Source: Klebsormidium nitens (lineage: Eukaryota; Plantae; Klebsormidiophyceae). Taken from it: DNA of 64,000 nucleotides. A model generated the notes under the pieces. It was not told the DNA's origin and did no database searches. It saw nothing but the letters and a program-made list of their open reading frames with translations. Positions within the stretch are counted from its first letter, which is position 1. Each line of letters opens with the position of its first letter. Where the stretch lies: NCBI GenBank assembly GCA_000708835.1, contig DF237223.1, positions 1 to 64,000 on the forward strand. The letters are read 5' to 3'. A program made the position numbers and the translations under genes. This document shows, piece by piece, positions 24,285 to 37,002 of this stretch.

Positions 24285-25567
24285 CCAGCTGTATAGGTTT
24301 CCACGGCTGCCAATCTGCGCCTTATTAGAGTTTTAATTTCTCTGAAAGACAGTCAGATCAGCGCCCTGCAATCATGGAACATCGAAATCGGAGATATTGT
24401 AGCAGTAGGCCTGCGTTTGGATCCGGTTAATGCGGCGAAAGGTGGCTAAAATACTTTGGTATATCTCAAAGCAAGCAGAAGGAAGCCAGACGTTAGTTCT
24501 GTGCAAGCGCACACGGGTCTGCGTTGTACAGGTCTACTTAATCAGACAGGTAGCAGGTTTCGTTAACCCATTGCACTCATCATTCGTCTTCCAATTGATA
24601 TTGAACACTGTACATAAGCTTCAATGATCCCTGTCATGCTTGTTATGTCAGAAATGTGTGACTAAAGTTATCCACATTCACATGGTGAAACGTGATCTTG
24701 TCCAACAGTACATGATCAAGTCTAAGAGTCGCTCGCTAATTCATCTCGATCTTATTCATCCAGCAAAATGATATGAGTGATGATCGTCATTATAGTATTT
24801 GATTATGTCTGTCTGCATATGTTGCATCACAATCGGGCCAGGAAGCTATATACACAGTTGAGGACGATGCAGGTGTTGTATAAGTACGTGCGCGCATGCT
24901 GCATTCAAAAGCGGGCGGGCTAGCTCATCATGGGCTGACTCATCAAGTGTAAGGCAGCTGCTCGCACGCTGAGGGCTGGTGACGTGCATGTCTGGAAGAT
25001 CAGTCAGTGTGCCGCCCTCGGACACCGTTTCTGAGAGGTATGCGCCCCGATGCGGTAAGAAGGCATACGGCTGGCTCTGGTCACTGGTGTGCCGCCCACT
25101 TATCGCTGGTGTCGACATCAATCAGCAGTCCGAGAAAGTGCTCCTCTGACTATTCTCCGTTCCTCTGGGCACCGCTTCGAGGTGAGCTTACATTAGCCGT
25201 CATGAAAGGAATCTATTCACATGCTGGAGTGTCACGGCTTGGATAGTCTTACTCTCTATCTATTTGCTTTTCGCGCGGAAGAACCGGTGCGACAGCTGGA
25301 CAGAAGCAGCTGAGCAGCTTTAGGGGAGTTTTTGTCGGGCTCGAACATCCTGTGCTTACTTGAAAGCCACTGCACTATACGAGACTATATCGCCGGTCCC
25401 TCCTGAGTTCTAGAACAGGGGTTGGCTTTCTCTTGAAAGTCTCAGCTAAAGAGATCAGAGGACTCCGACAGATTTTGCGAAACTGTGGGGGACGAGTGAG
25501 AGGGACGTGTGACTTTCCCCTCGTTTGAAAGCTACGCCCATCCTCTTTTGGCAGCTGTCTCTACGAC

Positions 25568-26488
25568 ATGGGAAGCACCAAAACGGAGCCTTTGACTCCT
25601 CCCTGTGCCCGCTTGCATCAACCCCCGATGGCCCACGATCCTGAGACCAATTCCGAGCATGGAGCCACAGCCGACGAGATCGACTGCACTTTCTCTCTCG
25701 ACTACGCCGCCATCGCCAAGCACTTCACGGGTTCTGTCAGGCATGACGTCAGGTCCAAGTTCGACACGCTGACGGAGTCTGCGGTGCTCGGGGAATGGTG
25801 CACGGTGGGCGCCCAGAAAGTCCGCCACTGGGCGCCCAAAGGCGCGGCCTGGGACGAAGAAAGACAGTGGTTCGTATTTGGGCAACTAGAGGAGGAAGAA
25901 CTGTCGCCCAGGGCGGTGCGCGCGCACATGGCCTCCGTGAGCGCGCGCGAAGGCGCGCTGGTCCCCGACGAGCGCCGGCGCGCGTGCAAGCTCTGGGAAA
26001 AGATGGAGGAACGGTTCACGAGCGAAGAAGACGCGCGCGCTCTCGCGCAGGCACTGGCGGGGCTGACCCCCGAGGGAAAGAGCGTCGAGGTGTTCTGCCA
26101 TCAGAACGGGGTGAAGTCATCAATGGTGTGCTATGACGGCACGAAGAAAGAGCCCCAGAAAAGAGCGCGCGCGGCCGCGGAGTGCGACGAAGGGCGCGAG
26201 GAGAAGCGGGTCGTGTGCGACGAAGATTCACCTGTGAGGCGGCTTCTGGAGAAGGAAAAGGTGGAGCTGCTGGAGCGGAAAGCGAAGGCGGAATCAACGC
26301 AGGCGGAGGCGAAGCGCGAAGCTTTCCCACTGACAGCACTAGAGATGGTGCAGAAGGAGTACCCCCAAATGGACCTGCGCGAGCAGCTCATCCGCGCGCG
26401 CCAGATTGTGTCCTTCATGACCACGGGGCAGGTGGAAGCGCAGGCAGGTACTGACGACGAGTATCTTTACCAATGCTTGAACGGTTGA
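25568..26488 (+). CDS. Intronless hypothetical protein (306 aa) with a C-terminal coiled-coil segment
   Basis: A long GC-rich uninterrupted ORF with protein-like composition and an E/K/R-rich helix (LLEKEKVELLERKAKAESTQAEAKRE). I recognise no domain. Confidence 0.6.
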   Translation: MGSTKTEPLTPPCARLHQPPMAHDPETNSEHGATADEIDCTFSLDYAAIAKHFTGSVRHDVRSKFDTLTESAVLGEWCTVGAQKVRHWAPKGAAWDEERQWFVFGQLEEEELSPRAVRAHMASVSAREGALVPDERRRACKLWEKMEERFTSEEDARALAQALAGLTPEGKSVEVFCHQNGVKSSMVCYDGTKKEPQKRARAAAECDEGREEKRVVCDEDSPVRRLLEKEKVELLERKAKAESTQAEAKREAFPLTALEMVQKEYPQMDLREQLIRARQIVSFMTTGQVEAQAGTDDEYLYQCLNG

Positions 26489-27251
26489 GAGGATCTTTGG
26501 CGCGGTTTTGAAGAAGCTTTTAAAATCGAGACTTGCTAGAAGTGGGCGTTCTTGAGAAGGCTGTTCTAGATACTTTGCCCAAGTGCAACCTAAGCTGTTT
26601 TCACATAGAGATATCTTTATAAATATCACAAGCGGCTTTTGACCATTGGAGATCCTCTGATTACTGCCCACCAAAATTTCTCGACGCTGCCTTAAATTTT
26701 GTTGCGCTTTTGAACTCTATCCTTCGCTTCGAAAAGTGCGCGGCTTACGTGGGCGGTGTCGTAGGTCTATCTGAATCGTAAAGGCGACATCCGTGGGCGG
26801 AATCATGACTTGCTTGTGCTTTTGAGGAGTAGGTGAGCTGTGAATTCCGTCGTCTGCAGCCCAACAAACGTCACTCTTTCCCTCCTGAAAGATTTTCCGC
26901 CGATCCATAGGAGACCTACTCCTTTTAACCTTGAAGACTGCAATCCAGGTATCGCTTCTTTTGAAAGTTTTCTGGTCCCCCTAATCAGTTATGCTGTTTC
27001 CTGTTTCCACGGTCTTCTGACAAATTCCGCGATCAACCGTTCATCGGATTGCGATCTCGCTGGCGTGACATTTCGGACCGGCAAACTCGGTTCATCTAAT
27101 CCAGAGGGCTGATTCCAGCCTGTTGCCCCCCTTCATAATGTGACCCCGAGCTCAATGTCGACAGATCCAGCGTTCCTCAAGCTGCCGGAGCCGCAGGGTT
27201 CCGCGGAGGAATCTGACGCCGCCCGATCCGCCGCCCCCAAGAATCGAGGAG

Positions 27252-28113
27252 ATGGAGCTTGAGGAGGAGAAGGTACGCACTTCTTCTCTGAAAACGTCAG
27301 AGCGGGACTGTTCGTAACTCCAATTCTCCGATTCTCTTTGCGTCCATTATCCATCTCAAAGTCTGAATTCCACTCCTTTACACCACGGGTTGGAGTTCTG
27401 AATCTGGGCTGATGCTCTGCAAGGTGCAGCTGATCCTGAAGGGCGTGTGTGTTTGGAGATTCGTTGATCTGGTACCAATTTGTACATGGGTCTTTTCAGA
27501 AGTTTGACCTGCTTCCGTTCTTCGCGTGCCTCGATACGTCGCTTGTATGCAATCCTGATCACCTGCACCATGGATGTCGTACCGTTGCCTGGCAAAGCGC
27601 CCGTATACATCCACTATCGTTCCTTTGCAGGAGCTACCTCCACCGCCTGTACATACTCCGTCCGCATTGCTTCTGCCTGGTCCTCCTGCATCGTTGTCGG
27701 CCGCTCCGCAGAATGAGAGCCTTCAAGATTCACGCCGGGAGCTTTCACACACTGACGTCATCGGTCTGAAAACTCTTGAACCGGTCGCATCTGGTGAGGT
27801 CACCAAGAAAAGCCCTGGTCGCAAGCGTGGCCCGAACGTCCACCCCCTGCTCAAGCACTTCAACCATCAGTGCAAAGTTGACGGCCTCCTCGACGGTATC
27901 TGGACCAAAGGTCTTTGGGAGTGTACCTTGTGCGACGTGGTGCAGCCGTCACTGAGGGCCAGATTTGCAAACCACTGTCAGATGGAGGGACACCGCACGC
28001 GTCTGACGATTGCCTCCGACATTTTCGAGACGGAAATGAGCGACGGATCGCGAGACTTGGACGAAGTCTTAGCAGATCTTCCTGGATGCGTCGACGTTAT
28101 GATGGACAAATGA
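27252..28113 (+). CDS. Small zinc-finger protein (BED-like or U1/matrin-like C2H2), two exons; further 5' exons possible
   Basis: An in-phase GT-AG intron at 27273-27630 joins MELEEEK to ELPPPPVHTPS. The last exon has KKSPGRKRGP, LLKHF and WECTLCDVVQPSLRARFANHCQMEGH (C-x2-C-x13-H-x5-H). Confidence 0.55.
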
Positions 28114-29020
28114 TAAGGCTAGAAAAGTGACAATTCTGTAGGCCTAGTCAGGAAGCCGGTCGGTCTGTCGAGCTAGCTGTACAGAAAGCATAGTTGCACA
28201 GACGTTTTTGGTTACAAATTGCCCGTTGAGTCTTCTACAAGATTGTCTGAAGCGCACACTTTCAGCAAACTTAAAAGAGTTTTTGAAAATCTATTACGCT
28301 GGGTACCGTGCACCAGCGAAACTGAGATGTTTCTAGCGCCCCTTCCTTTTTGTCGTAAAGACCCAAAAACGCGTCATATAATCCTCCAGAGCCTTATAGT
28401 ATAAGGTCCATTGCATATGATGCAGGCTCCTACGCAATCTAGCTCGCGTTCTGACCGACTCGATTTGCGGCCACCATTGAATTTGAGCCTGCACGGGGCA
28501 GATAGTTTATGCGCGTCCAGTGCGCATCATGCATGTACGTACGGCCATGAGTGGCAGCTCAAAACTATGGCACCGTACGCGCACATCAAGCTTCGCAACG
28601 AATCGATCCTACATCGTGCATATGTACCGTCTTTGGAGTGTCATCTTTGTGCATTATTTCTCATGCCTCACGCTCCTATCTCCTCAAATGGTGCTAACAG
28701 AAACGTTTAAGCACCAACATATATATAGCCATAACATATATGTATGGTCATGCAGAATTGCAAGCGGTTTTTTGATTGTGCACGCGCCCGTAGCCCGAAG
28801 GCGTCGTGATGTGGTTGTTTGATTCGAACAAAGCCTGTACTTTAGCAATACAAGCCCGCAGCCATGAGGCCGTTAAGTTCTCGCCTAAGTGCACGTAAAA
28901 TCAGCCAAAACGACCCGAGTCAATCTGGGATTGCATATGGTACAGCTTCCAGGTGCGAAGATGCACCCAGTCACGGCGTCTCGTGAGGTACAAGACATCC
29001 GCTGTTTTGTGGAGCCCTGG

Positions 29021-32000
29021 TTATCGAGGCAGACTCCCCTGCTCTACAAGAGACGCGTCGGCAAAGAATCCTATTGCTAATGCTGTGACGTTGTCCTGGG
29101 CTTTGGCCATCCTCGCCCGCATCACTAGCGTCTCAGCAGCCTGCTGCGCGGTGCTCGCGGCGTCGACAGCGTCCGGTGCCCTTTGACGGGCTGCTCTAAC
29201 CTGCACGAGAAACCCTGTTTTGGTAAGAGACTCATATACGGTTGCTGAACGTGTCCGACAAAATTGCGGCCTTTCCCAAGCCTCGGGCTTATATGCTCGG
29301 GGCCAGCACCAAGAGTTTGGGCCGGAACAGCGACCTAAGCTTTGCAGATATGATGTAGTCTGATGATGCGACCAGTCCAAATGGTCCGAATGAAGTGGGC
29401 ATCAGGACCGTGCTCACAAAACTGGGCTCCTCCGAGAACATGAATGGCAAGAAGACCCGAGTCGCACAAACGAGGGGCGGCTCGGGCGGTGCGGCTTACC
29501 TCCGCTATCAGCTGCAGGGCGCGCTTGCCGCTCATAACGTCCCACAGTCCGTCGCTGTACAGACAACAGGCGATTGCATCACGCACAGTGTTCTCGACTG
29601 TAAGCTTCCCCACAACCCTCTTCCTCTCTCTACTTATCAAATCTACTGCAGCCGGTGCGCTCGAAACTCTGACGTCAAGAACGGCAGCGCGATCCCCAAA
29701 CCCGTCACCGATTGCGGCCCCCGGAACTTTCTGCCAATAGCCATTGAAATAGCGAGTCTATGTTGGAAGCCAAGCATCAGAAGTGAAGCAGAGTCCTGGG
29801 GAACGACTTTGAAGGCTTTAGTACGAAAACGTACCTGGCCATGACGAGGCTGGCCCGCGTGTCGGGCGTCACGTGATGCACCCTGCTGACGTGGGGGTGC
29901 GCAGAGAGGCCCACGTTCTGGCCCTTGAGGAACTTGTCGCCCAGCGCGCGCGCGATGTTCATGCCTGCACCGGCGACCAGGTAGGCGGCCGTTGTCAGAG
30001 ATTCTATCCCAGAGCAGAGGAGCAGCGATACAGGCCTTTTCTTTGGTTTCAGCAAACAGCATTAACTTTCTCTAGGCTTACAACCTGAAGCGGCAAGAAA
30101 CGCGTGGGATGATTACTGCTCACTGGATTTAAAAGGTCTTCCCTCATCTCTGACAGAAGCTGCGACGCAAGCGAATTGATTCAGAAACAAGCTTTCGGAG
30201 CGACGCGCTCCAAGCCTTCAATAACCATCAGCCTTTTGCCACAGTCCAAACTTCGGGCAGAGACAGAGTCTTTGACGCCCCTCTCACCGCATAACCTGGT
30301 GTCCCCTTCCCCGAGCTTGAAGCCCGCATCCGACAGTCGGTTCCTCTCCATGGGGTTAACTACTCGGTGATCTTCAGTCAGCTGGAGCACCTTATCCCGA
30401 ACACTGGAACAATGCAGCAGAGCAGAGCCTCAGCAAATAACAAAGGCAACGGTGGTCTGCTCATTTTCCAAGGAGATATCCAAACCGTTTACCAACGCAA
30501 GAGCGTCCTGGCAGAACTATTCTAGCGCAAAGCAGTTCTTGTACCGCAAGACCCTCTCTCAATGAGCCGATGCTGCGAAGCGTTGCTTAGGCGTGCCCGA
30601 AAGCGATCGCCCGTGTATGTATGGAACGGCCAACGAGGTGGCCATTCTGTTTAACGTGGAACCGTGTCTCGTCGGAGGCCCGAGCAACACCTTACCTGAG
30701 GAAGCAATGCGAGTCGCCTACATTTGCGCACTGTACAAAGAAAGTCGCGGAATCCTGGCCCTTCCAAGCGAGGAGCACAGTAGCCGTGCATCCCTGGACC
30801 GCAACGAGAGACTGGTCAGCCGGAAGGCCGCTCGAGTACCTCCTCATGGCTGAGCAGAACTCGCTTTTCCAAGAAACATTACGTTGGATTCTATGCGTGA
30901 ACTAGAGCGTATGATGCTCCGCCGCCCAGACAAGCTTCTTTCAGGGCATGCTACATTCATGATGCCGCCGAGGCAGGTGGGAAAATCCCATTTGGCTTCG
31001 GCAAAGTCTTCGAAAAACGTTTTGTTATCAGTATCCCAAGCCCAAGCTACTTGGCGAAGAGCCGGATGTCCACACAATCAAGCAATCAATATAGATGGAA
31101 GGCCGATTTGAGGCCGTAAATGAGAGTTTCAAAACCGAACATTTAAGACCGTGTTTTGCTGCCGGTCGCAACAGTCCGCTTTTGAGAGCTAAAAAGGCTC
31201 ATATCTGGTCTTTTTAAGGATTCTTATTAGCTTGTGAATTGCCCCTTCTTGTGAGCTCGGATTCATGTCTGATTCTGAGCCATTTTTGATACACACTGGT
31301 ATCTTCATTCCTAACAACGAAGAAGAACACGGTTCCTTGCAGGCGTTCTTGGCTTGCGGCAATTCACCTCGTCCTCCATGGTGAGCTCCGCCTCCGTGGC
31401 TGCGAACGCTTCCCGCAGGACGCCGGCCGCATCGCCCCCTTCCACCACCGCCTGCCGAGCGGACGGCTCCGAGAGCAGCCGCGAGAGGTGCGACGGAAGC
31501 AGCCTGCAATCATCGTCCGGTTCGGATCAGTCTGAAGTCGAATGCTGTCTGAAAAGAGGCCCCGTTTATCATGCAATATCCAGAGTTATTTCGACCGATT
31601 ACCAGCGTACTTTCTGTTTTGGAAGGCGGACCAAGTCGAATTTATTGCCATGGACGTAAGAGTCTTTTTCACCTACACCAAGGAGATGTGGTGGTCTATA
31701 GAGATCTCCAAGGAGAAAGAAACAAAACCTGACAGATATAACCTCTGACGAGCTCCATTCAGCATAGCCTCCCTCAGCGAGACTGTCAGACGAGCAGAGG
31801 CGACTTACTTGCTCGCAGCGTCTGCCGCCCCTCGCCCACAGTGCCCATCAAATATGCAGAAGACGCCCACCTGCACAGAAGGACGGAGCTGCGCTTGAGG
31901 AGAGAGACAACAAACCTGTTCTAGCTCTACCGTCCTCCTCGATTGAATTGCTAACAGCCTACGCCCGTCTGTTCGAACCTGCCGGTCGAACCTGCGCACT

Positions 32001-34051
32001 TCACAAGCCTCGCTTGACAACTTCTCTCAGGACGTGGCAGTGCAGCCAGCAGCAAAACGAACCCAAGGCTCACGTCATCCGCCCCGGACAATGGCCACTG
32101 CCACAGCGGTACATCCTCCATCGGGAGCGGTTTTCCCCTCCGGGCCGCCATGGGATCCGATGCGACCCCCACCGAAAACGGCCCCCCCTCTCCCAACGTG
32201 CGCCCACTGGAGCTCGGCGCCTCAGCTAGGCTGACCTCCGCCGTACTGCTGGACCCGAAGGTGATGACGTCACCGTCCGAGAGTGCCACAGGGCCGCTGC
32301 GCCTGCGGACGCCGGTTCCGGACAACCCCACTGGGGCGCGGTTCACAAAGGTGCCGTTCAGGCTGCCCTCGTCGACCAGGTGCCAGCGCCCGGACTGGGG
32401 AAGCCAGGAGAGAGAAGAAAATGAAAAGACGGAGTTGCATGACTTCGTAGGCAACAGGGGAAGAAGCATCAGGTCTGCAAAGCAGCTCATGGACACAGTA
32501 GACTGATCTGATTTGGCCCATGGAACATCGACTCTATCTTCAAAGGTGTCCCTGCAGCTCTACTTCGAAGACAACCTGCTGAAAGAGTATGCGGCGTTCA
32601 CAATCAATCGGCGCCCAATTCAGTGTATCTTTTTTGTCCCTCTAGCCAACCCCAAAACTTACTACAGAGCCAGAATTATGCAGACAGCAGCAAGACCAAA
32701 CCGCTCCTCTTTTACCTGTCTATTCCAAGCCATTGTTGCATGGCGGCCCGACACTTCAGGATCATTGACCACCAAGTCATTCTCTGGGATTCGACCCACA
32801 CTGTATGGCTTCGCAGCCGTTCGAACTGCAGGCCATGTGACTTTTGAGCCTGAGGAAGGTCCCGACATGACTTGGACGTTGCACACAGAGCCTGCACGGA
32901 ATGGATTTAGTGAGTCAGGTTGCTGCAGATTGCTCGTTTCAAAAGGAGGGATCCCACAGCTCAAAGTATCACATTGGTCCTGCGGTTGAAGAAATGTTAC
33001 GGGGGTAGCTGAAGGAGACAAGGATAGCTCGTGCATTGTGTGCACACTCGCTCGTCGTTGTTTGATGTTTTCTGGCTCACCGTCGGTGTAAAAGGACCCG
33101 TCTTGTCTGGTCTCCCCTTCAGGTCTGTCCTCCGGACTCGCACCATCTTCCGGCTTGCGACGCGGAACCCTTTCTGCCGTCTTTGAGTAATCAAAAGGCG
33201 TATCACTGGAAAACCTGACTCGTTTTCGCTCAACTGAGCTGATCTCATTGGGCGGTTCTGTAGGTTGGGGCCCGTCAGCCTCCCCCTGATCACCATGCTC
33301 GTCCAGAGGCCAACTATTGTTTACAGATTCCAGCGTGCCAGTAGCGGGGCGTGTTTCTTCTAGAACATCGCTGATGGCAGACATAGAGGGAGTCCCTTCC
33401 TTGCTGCCAGAACTGACCTCGCTCTGAATCTTTGACTCTACTTTGGACGCAACTGACTCTTGCATTGGTGACGTCTCAGACGAGATCCTATCAACCTGCG
33501 CATCATTGAAGTGATCTGATCAGTACAAGCCTGCAAATTATGCATATCAGGACTAGGGGCTCTCAGACTTTCATGATGGAAAGGTGCTGACATCTGGCCA
33601 ATGCAAACACCGGCAGCCTCATTGTCCATCAGCTTTGGGATGCAAGCAGCGGCCTTTATGTCCATTGGAGGCAGGTTTACAATCTGTAGGATCAACCTCA
33701 GGCAATTTCGGGGCCTCGCTTGATCCCCAGCTCAAAAACTTGATTGAAAAGTGCCCCTTTTCAAAACCACTGTCCCCAGTGGTTTATTTAGATAATCTGA
33801 TGACCGGAGGGGATGCCAAGACAGCTGAAAGATCCACTAGAGGTGGCCTTGCTGCGTTACATGACATGAAATTGGCCTTGATTCATTGTTGTCAAAGGAC
33901 TGCTCCCTCCAAGGGAAATGCTTACCTCCTCTACACTCAGGATCGGCTGCGCAGCTTCTTCCATCCTCTTTCGTCTCCGACTCAATTGCAGGATCCCGTA
34001 AGCTACAACAACGAAAAGTCCAAATGAAAGCACATTGTATGCCATTCTCAT
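29021..34051 (-). CDS. KAPP: Kinase-associated protein phosphatase (N-terminal signal anchor, FHA domain, PP2C domain)
   Basis: N-terminal transmembrane segment VLSFGLFVVVAYGILQLSRRRK. FHA motifs VGRIPENDLVVNDPEVSGRHATMAWN and WHLVDEGSLNGTFVN. The KAPP-like segment PFSVGVASDPMAARRGKPLPMEDVPLWQWPL. PP2C motifs FCIFDGHCG, LTEDHR, NIARALGDKFLK, DGLWDV and AQDNVT. Confidence 0.92.
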
Positions 34052-34731
34052 GTCTGCCGGTGGCCTTGATTTCTCACTTTTCCAGACATTCCCAACGCTG
34101 CTTACGGCCAAAAGCCACATGAAGGTGGAGAAAACTTGCTGATCCGAAAGAGTGGGACCAATTGTGGCACACTTCTACTCTTCTCGTGATCCGTCTTACT
34201 TAAAGTTGCTGTTCAGAAGAGAAAGCTGACATTCAACTGGCCGACTCGTGACTGATCAATTCATTCATTCATTCATTCATACTTCTAATATAAGGTTGCG
34301 CCATGGGCCCGAACGGTGTCAACACACGATTCGATGAGTTCGAACATCTACTCTGAGATACGGTATACAGATACCGTACTACAGTGAATTCTTCATCAAA
34401 TTCAAAGATTTCTTAGTCTGGTCACTGTTAGGTAAGCTCAGGGATCCTGAAGCTAGGACTCAGGGTCAGAACGACTCAGTGTGAACAGAAAAACATTCCC
34501 AGCGCCAGGCCTACGTGGTAGCACCGGATTCGCTGAAAGTTGCAAGAGTGCGCGTTCACACCTAGATCACTAGAGACTAGCAAGTGTCGCGAGTGTTCGT
34601 CTTCTGCCAGCTGGCTACAGCCTCAGGAAGGCATGCAGTCCATTTGATTCCCTTTCCAAGCCTGCATTGAAGACTTCAGTTCACCACGACCTTTGCTAGG
34701 CTTTCAGGATCAGAACAACAAACGTGGTGGA

Positions 34732-36499
34732 ATGGGGAGGTCGGGGTTGATGGCGACTGCGTCCGGTGCTTTGGAAATGCAAAGTGTGGATTGCATACAT
34801 TGGCGAACTGGTCCCTGGCGTGCGAATGCTTTTCAACATATTAATTTCTCGCTGCAAGCATCCGTGCGCCATCAGGCTCTGAGATGGAAATGTGATCAAA
34901 CATTTTTGCAATCTGGAAGAGCCGCATGGAGTAGTAGTCTTGCAGCTTGTGCGCAACGTATCACCACTGTAGGCCAGCAAAAACAGCAGTGCTTTTGCTG
35001 CTTCGATAGAAAAACCAGCATTAGACCAAAGAAGAGGACTAGCTTGGTATGTGCTGCTGCAAAGGGCCCGATTGGGGATGTTTGGAAAGAAGTAGTAGAC
35101 CCAGCATCAGGCAAGGTTTGTTCCCCAAACGGTCTCGCCTCTCTGTGCAAGGCACCTTAAAGTCACTGCATTGCTGCTCTTGTATGAGGACTTACTTGCA
35201 AAGTCTTGATATGTTGTGCGGTTAGAGCTGGCATCAAGAAGCATGATCGATGTTGTACACACTATCAAGACAAACCTACTATTCAATCTGGGTGGTGCTT
35301 TTCGGATAAACGTTGTGTAGCTTTTCTTGGTGCAGGTATATTATTGGAACACGGCAACTAACCAGACTTCGTGGTCGCCACCAGATGGCGGGGAAGCATC
35401 GAACAAGACTGATGTTAGCAGTAGCTCACCAACGTCCAGCGTGAGTATTTTAATCGCCCTTTTCACTCTTAGAACTGCAGTCAAGCCCACAGGCCAAGTT
35501 TTGTTGTCAGAACATTGATGGGCACGACACTTGTGTCTCTTGCAATCCGTTGGCTCGGTGCAATCTGGGCCAGGCAAGTGGGCGGAGTGGCCCTGAATCT
35601 AAAAAGGTTGAATGACATTCTTGATGCTTGCTTGCAGAGGTTGTTTTCTGATGACCAAACCACTGTGGTACTGACACTGTGCCCCCTGACCGATCCCTGA
35701 TTAATGATCGAAGACTGCATTTATACCGATGACTTGGCAAACAGCCCGCTGAGTTGTGGCACCCTTCCTTTCAGGTTCTCTCCGATGCTGCACTTTTAGA
35801 GAAGCTCATTACAGCGGACGTGACAAGGTTTGGAGCCGAATGTGAACCACACCGAACTCGGCTATTCGAGGATGAGGATTTCGGCAACTATTTGAACACT
35901 TTGATTCAAGACACTGAAGACTCTGGCTACAGGTGAGGGGCCTGCTTCTGTTCGACAGAAAAGCTCCACACCAACTTTCGAGCCTGTTCTCAGCTGATCG
36001 GTGCCTGGTCGGTCAAGGAGTGCAATTTTGAAAGTTGGGTGATTGAAGACCTTGAGTCAATATTTATAGGTTGACCTTCAGCACGTCTACAATGCCATCA
36101 CAAAAGGACGATGCTGTTAGAGCACAGGAACCAGCAGGAATCCAACAAGATACTTGCCAGTGACATCTGAGTGGTGGAGATTCTGCCGAACCTTGAGGAG
36201 CGAGCTCTTTGTTCTGTACAGGTCTGTGAATTTATTACAGAAAAGGTGTGTGGCTGCCGGCGGATTGTATGGACTCTTAATGAGCTTAAGGAGGGTCCGT
36301 GATGGAATCCTTTCTCATCTGGTGAGAGAAAGCTACTGTACTTTGACGCCGTTTCAAACCATGCATGTGGAAAGATGCCTGAGTCTGCTTCGATTGTCAA
36401 TGCAGGGAAAAGCTTGAGAAACTTCGTGCACGCTTAGCGAACCCGCTTTTGAAGAACCCGCAACCATTTGACGACAATACATTAGAGGTCAATTTCTGA
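34732..36499 (+). CDS. WW-domain protein with a putative plastid transit peptide (multi-exon; 3' end tentative)
   Basis: Spliced WKEVVDPASGK|VYYWNTATNQTSWSPP gives the WW signature. The long Ser/Ala/Arg-rich leader ends LVCAAAK. Later exons read VLSDAALLEKLITADVTRF...DTEDSGY and probably REKLEKLRARLANPLLKNPQPFDDNTLEVNF*. Confidence 0.72.
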
Positions 36500-37002
36500 A
36501 GCTTGTACGGTAGTTTGAACACTGTGCTGCTCAGGTTGTCAGATCAGTTAGGGAGCGAATTCAGAACGCTTCGATAGGATCCAAACCATGCTAGGTCGCA
36601 CAGTCGGACCTGCTGTAATCGAGTCTCCTGTATCAGGGAGCATCTGATCATCTCTTGTACATAGCCAAGGACGGGTTGCTCGATTTAGGATGGATGATAC
36701 TTGTGCTCATGACCATCTATGAAGGTGTGCGCCCGAAAAGCTGCCACAACATGTTGAGGCACGAATCCAATCTTTTCCAAGGATGTGGAACCAAACCATG
36801 AACTCTTGAGGCTCACCATATTGCACCATTGCAAATGACATACACCAAGTACAGCACATATGAGCGGAGTTAGCATACGAACGTGGGCACCAGTTCAAAT
36901 GCACCAGGCAGTCTGTCCATTGGTTATTTCGTACACAACAGAACCGGGAGATATCGTGACTTGACGGGTAGGGACGTAAATCTGGAGTATCTCGCACGCG
37001 CT

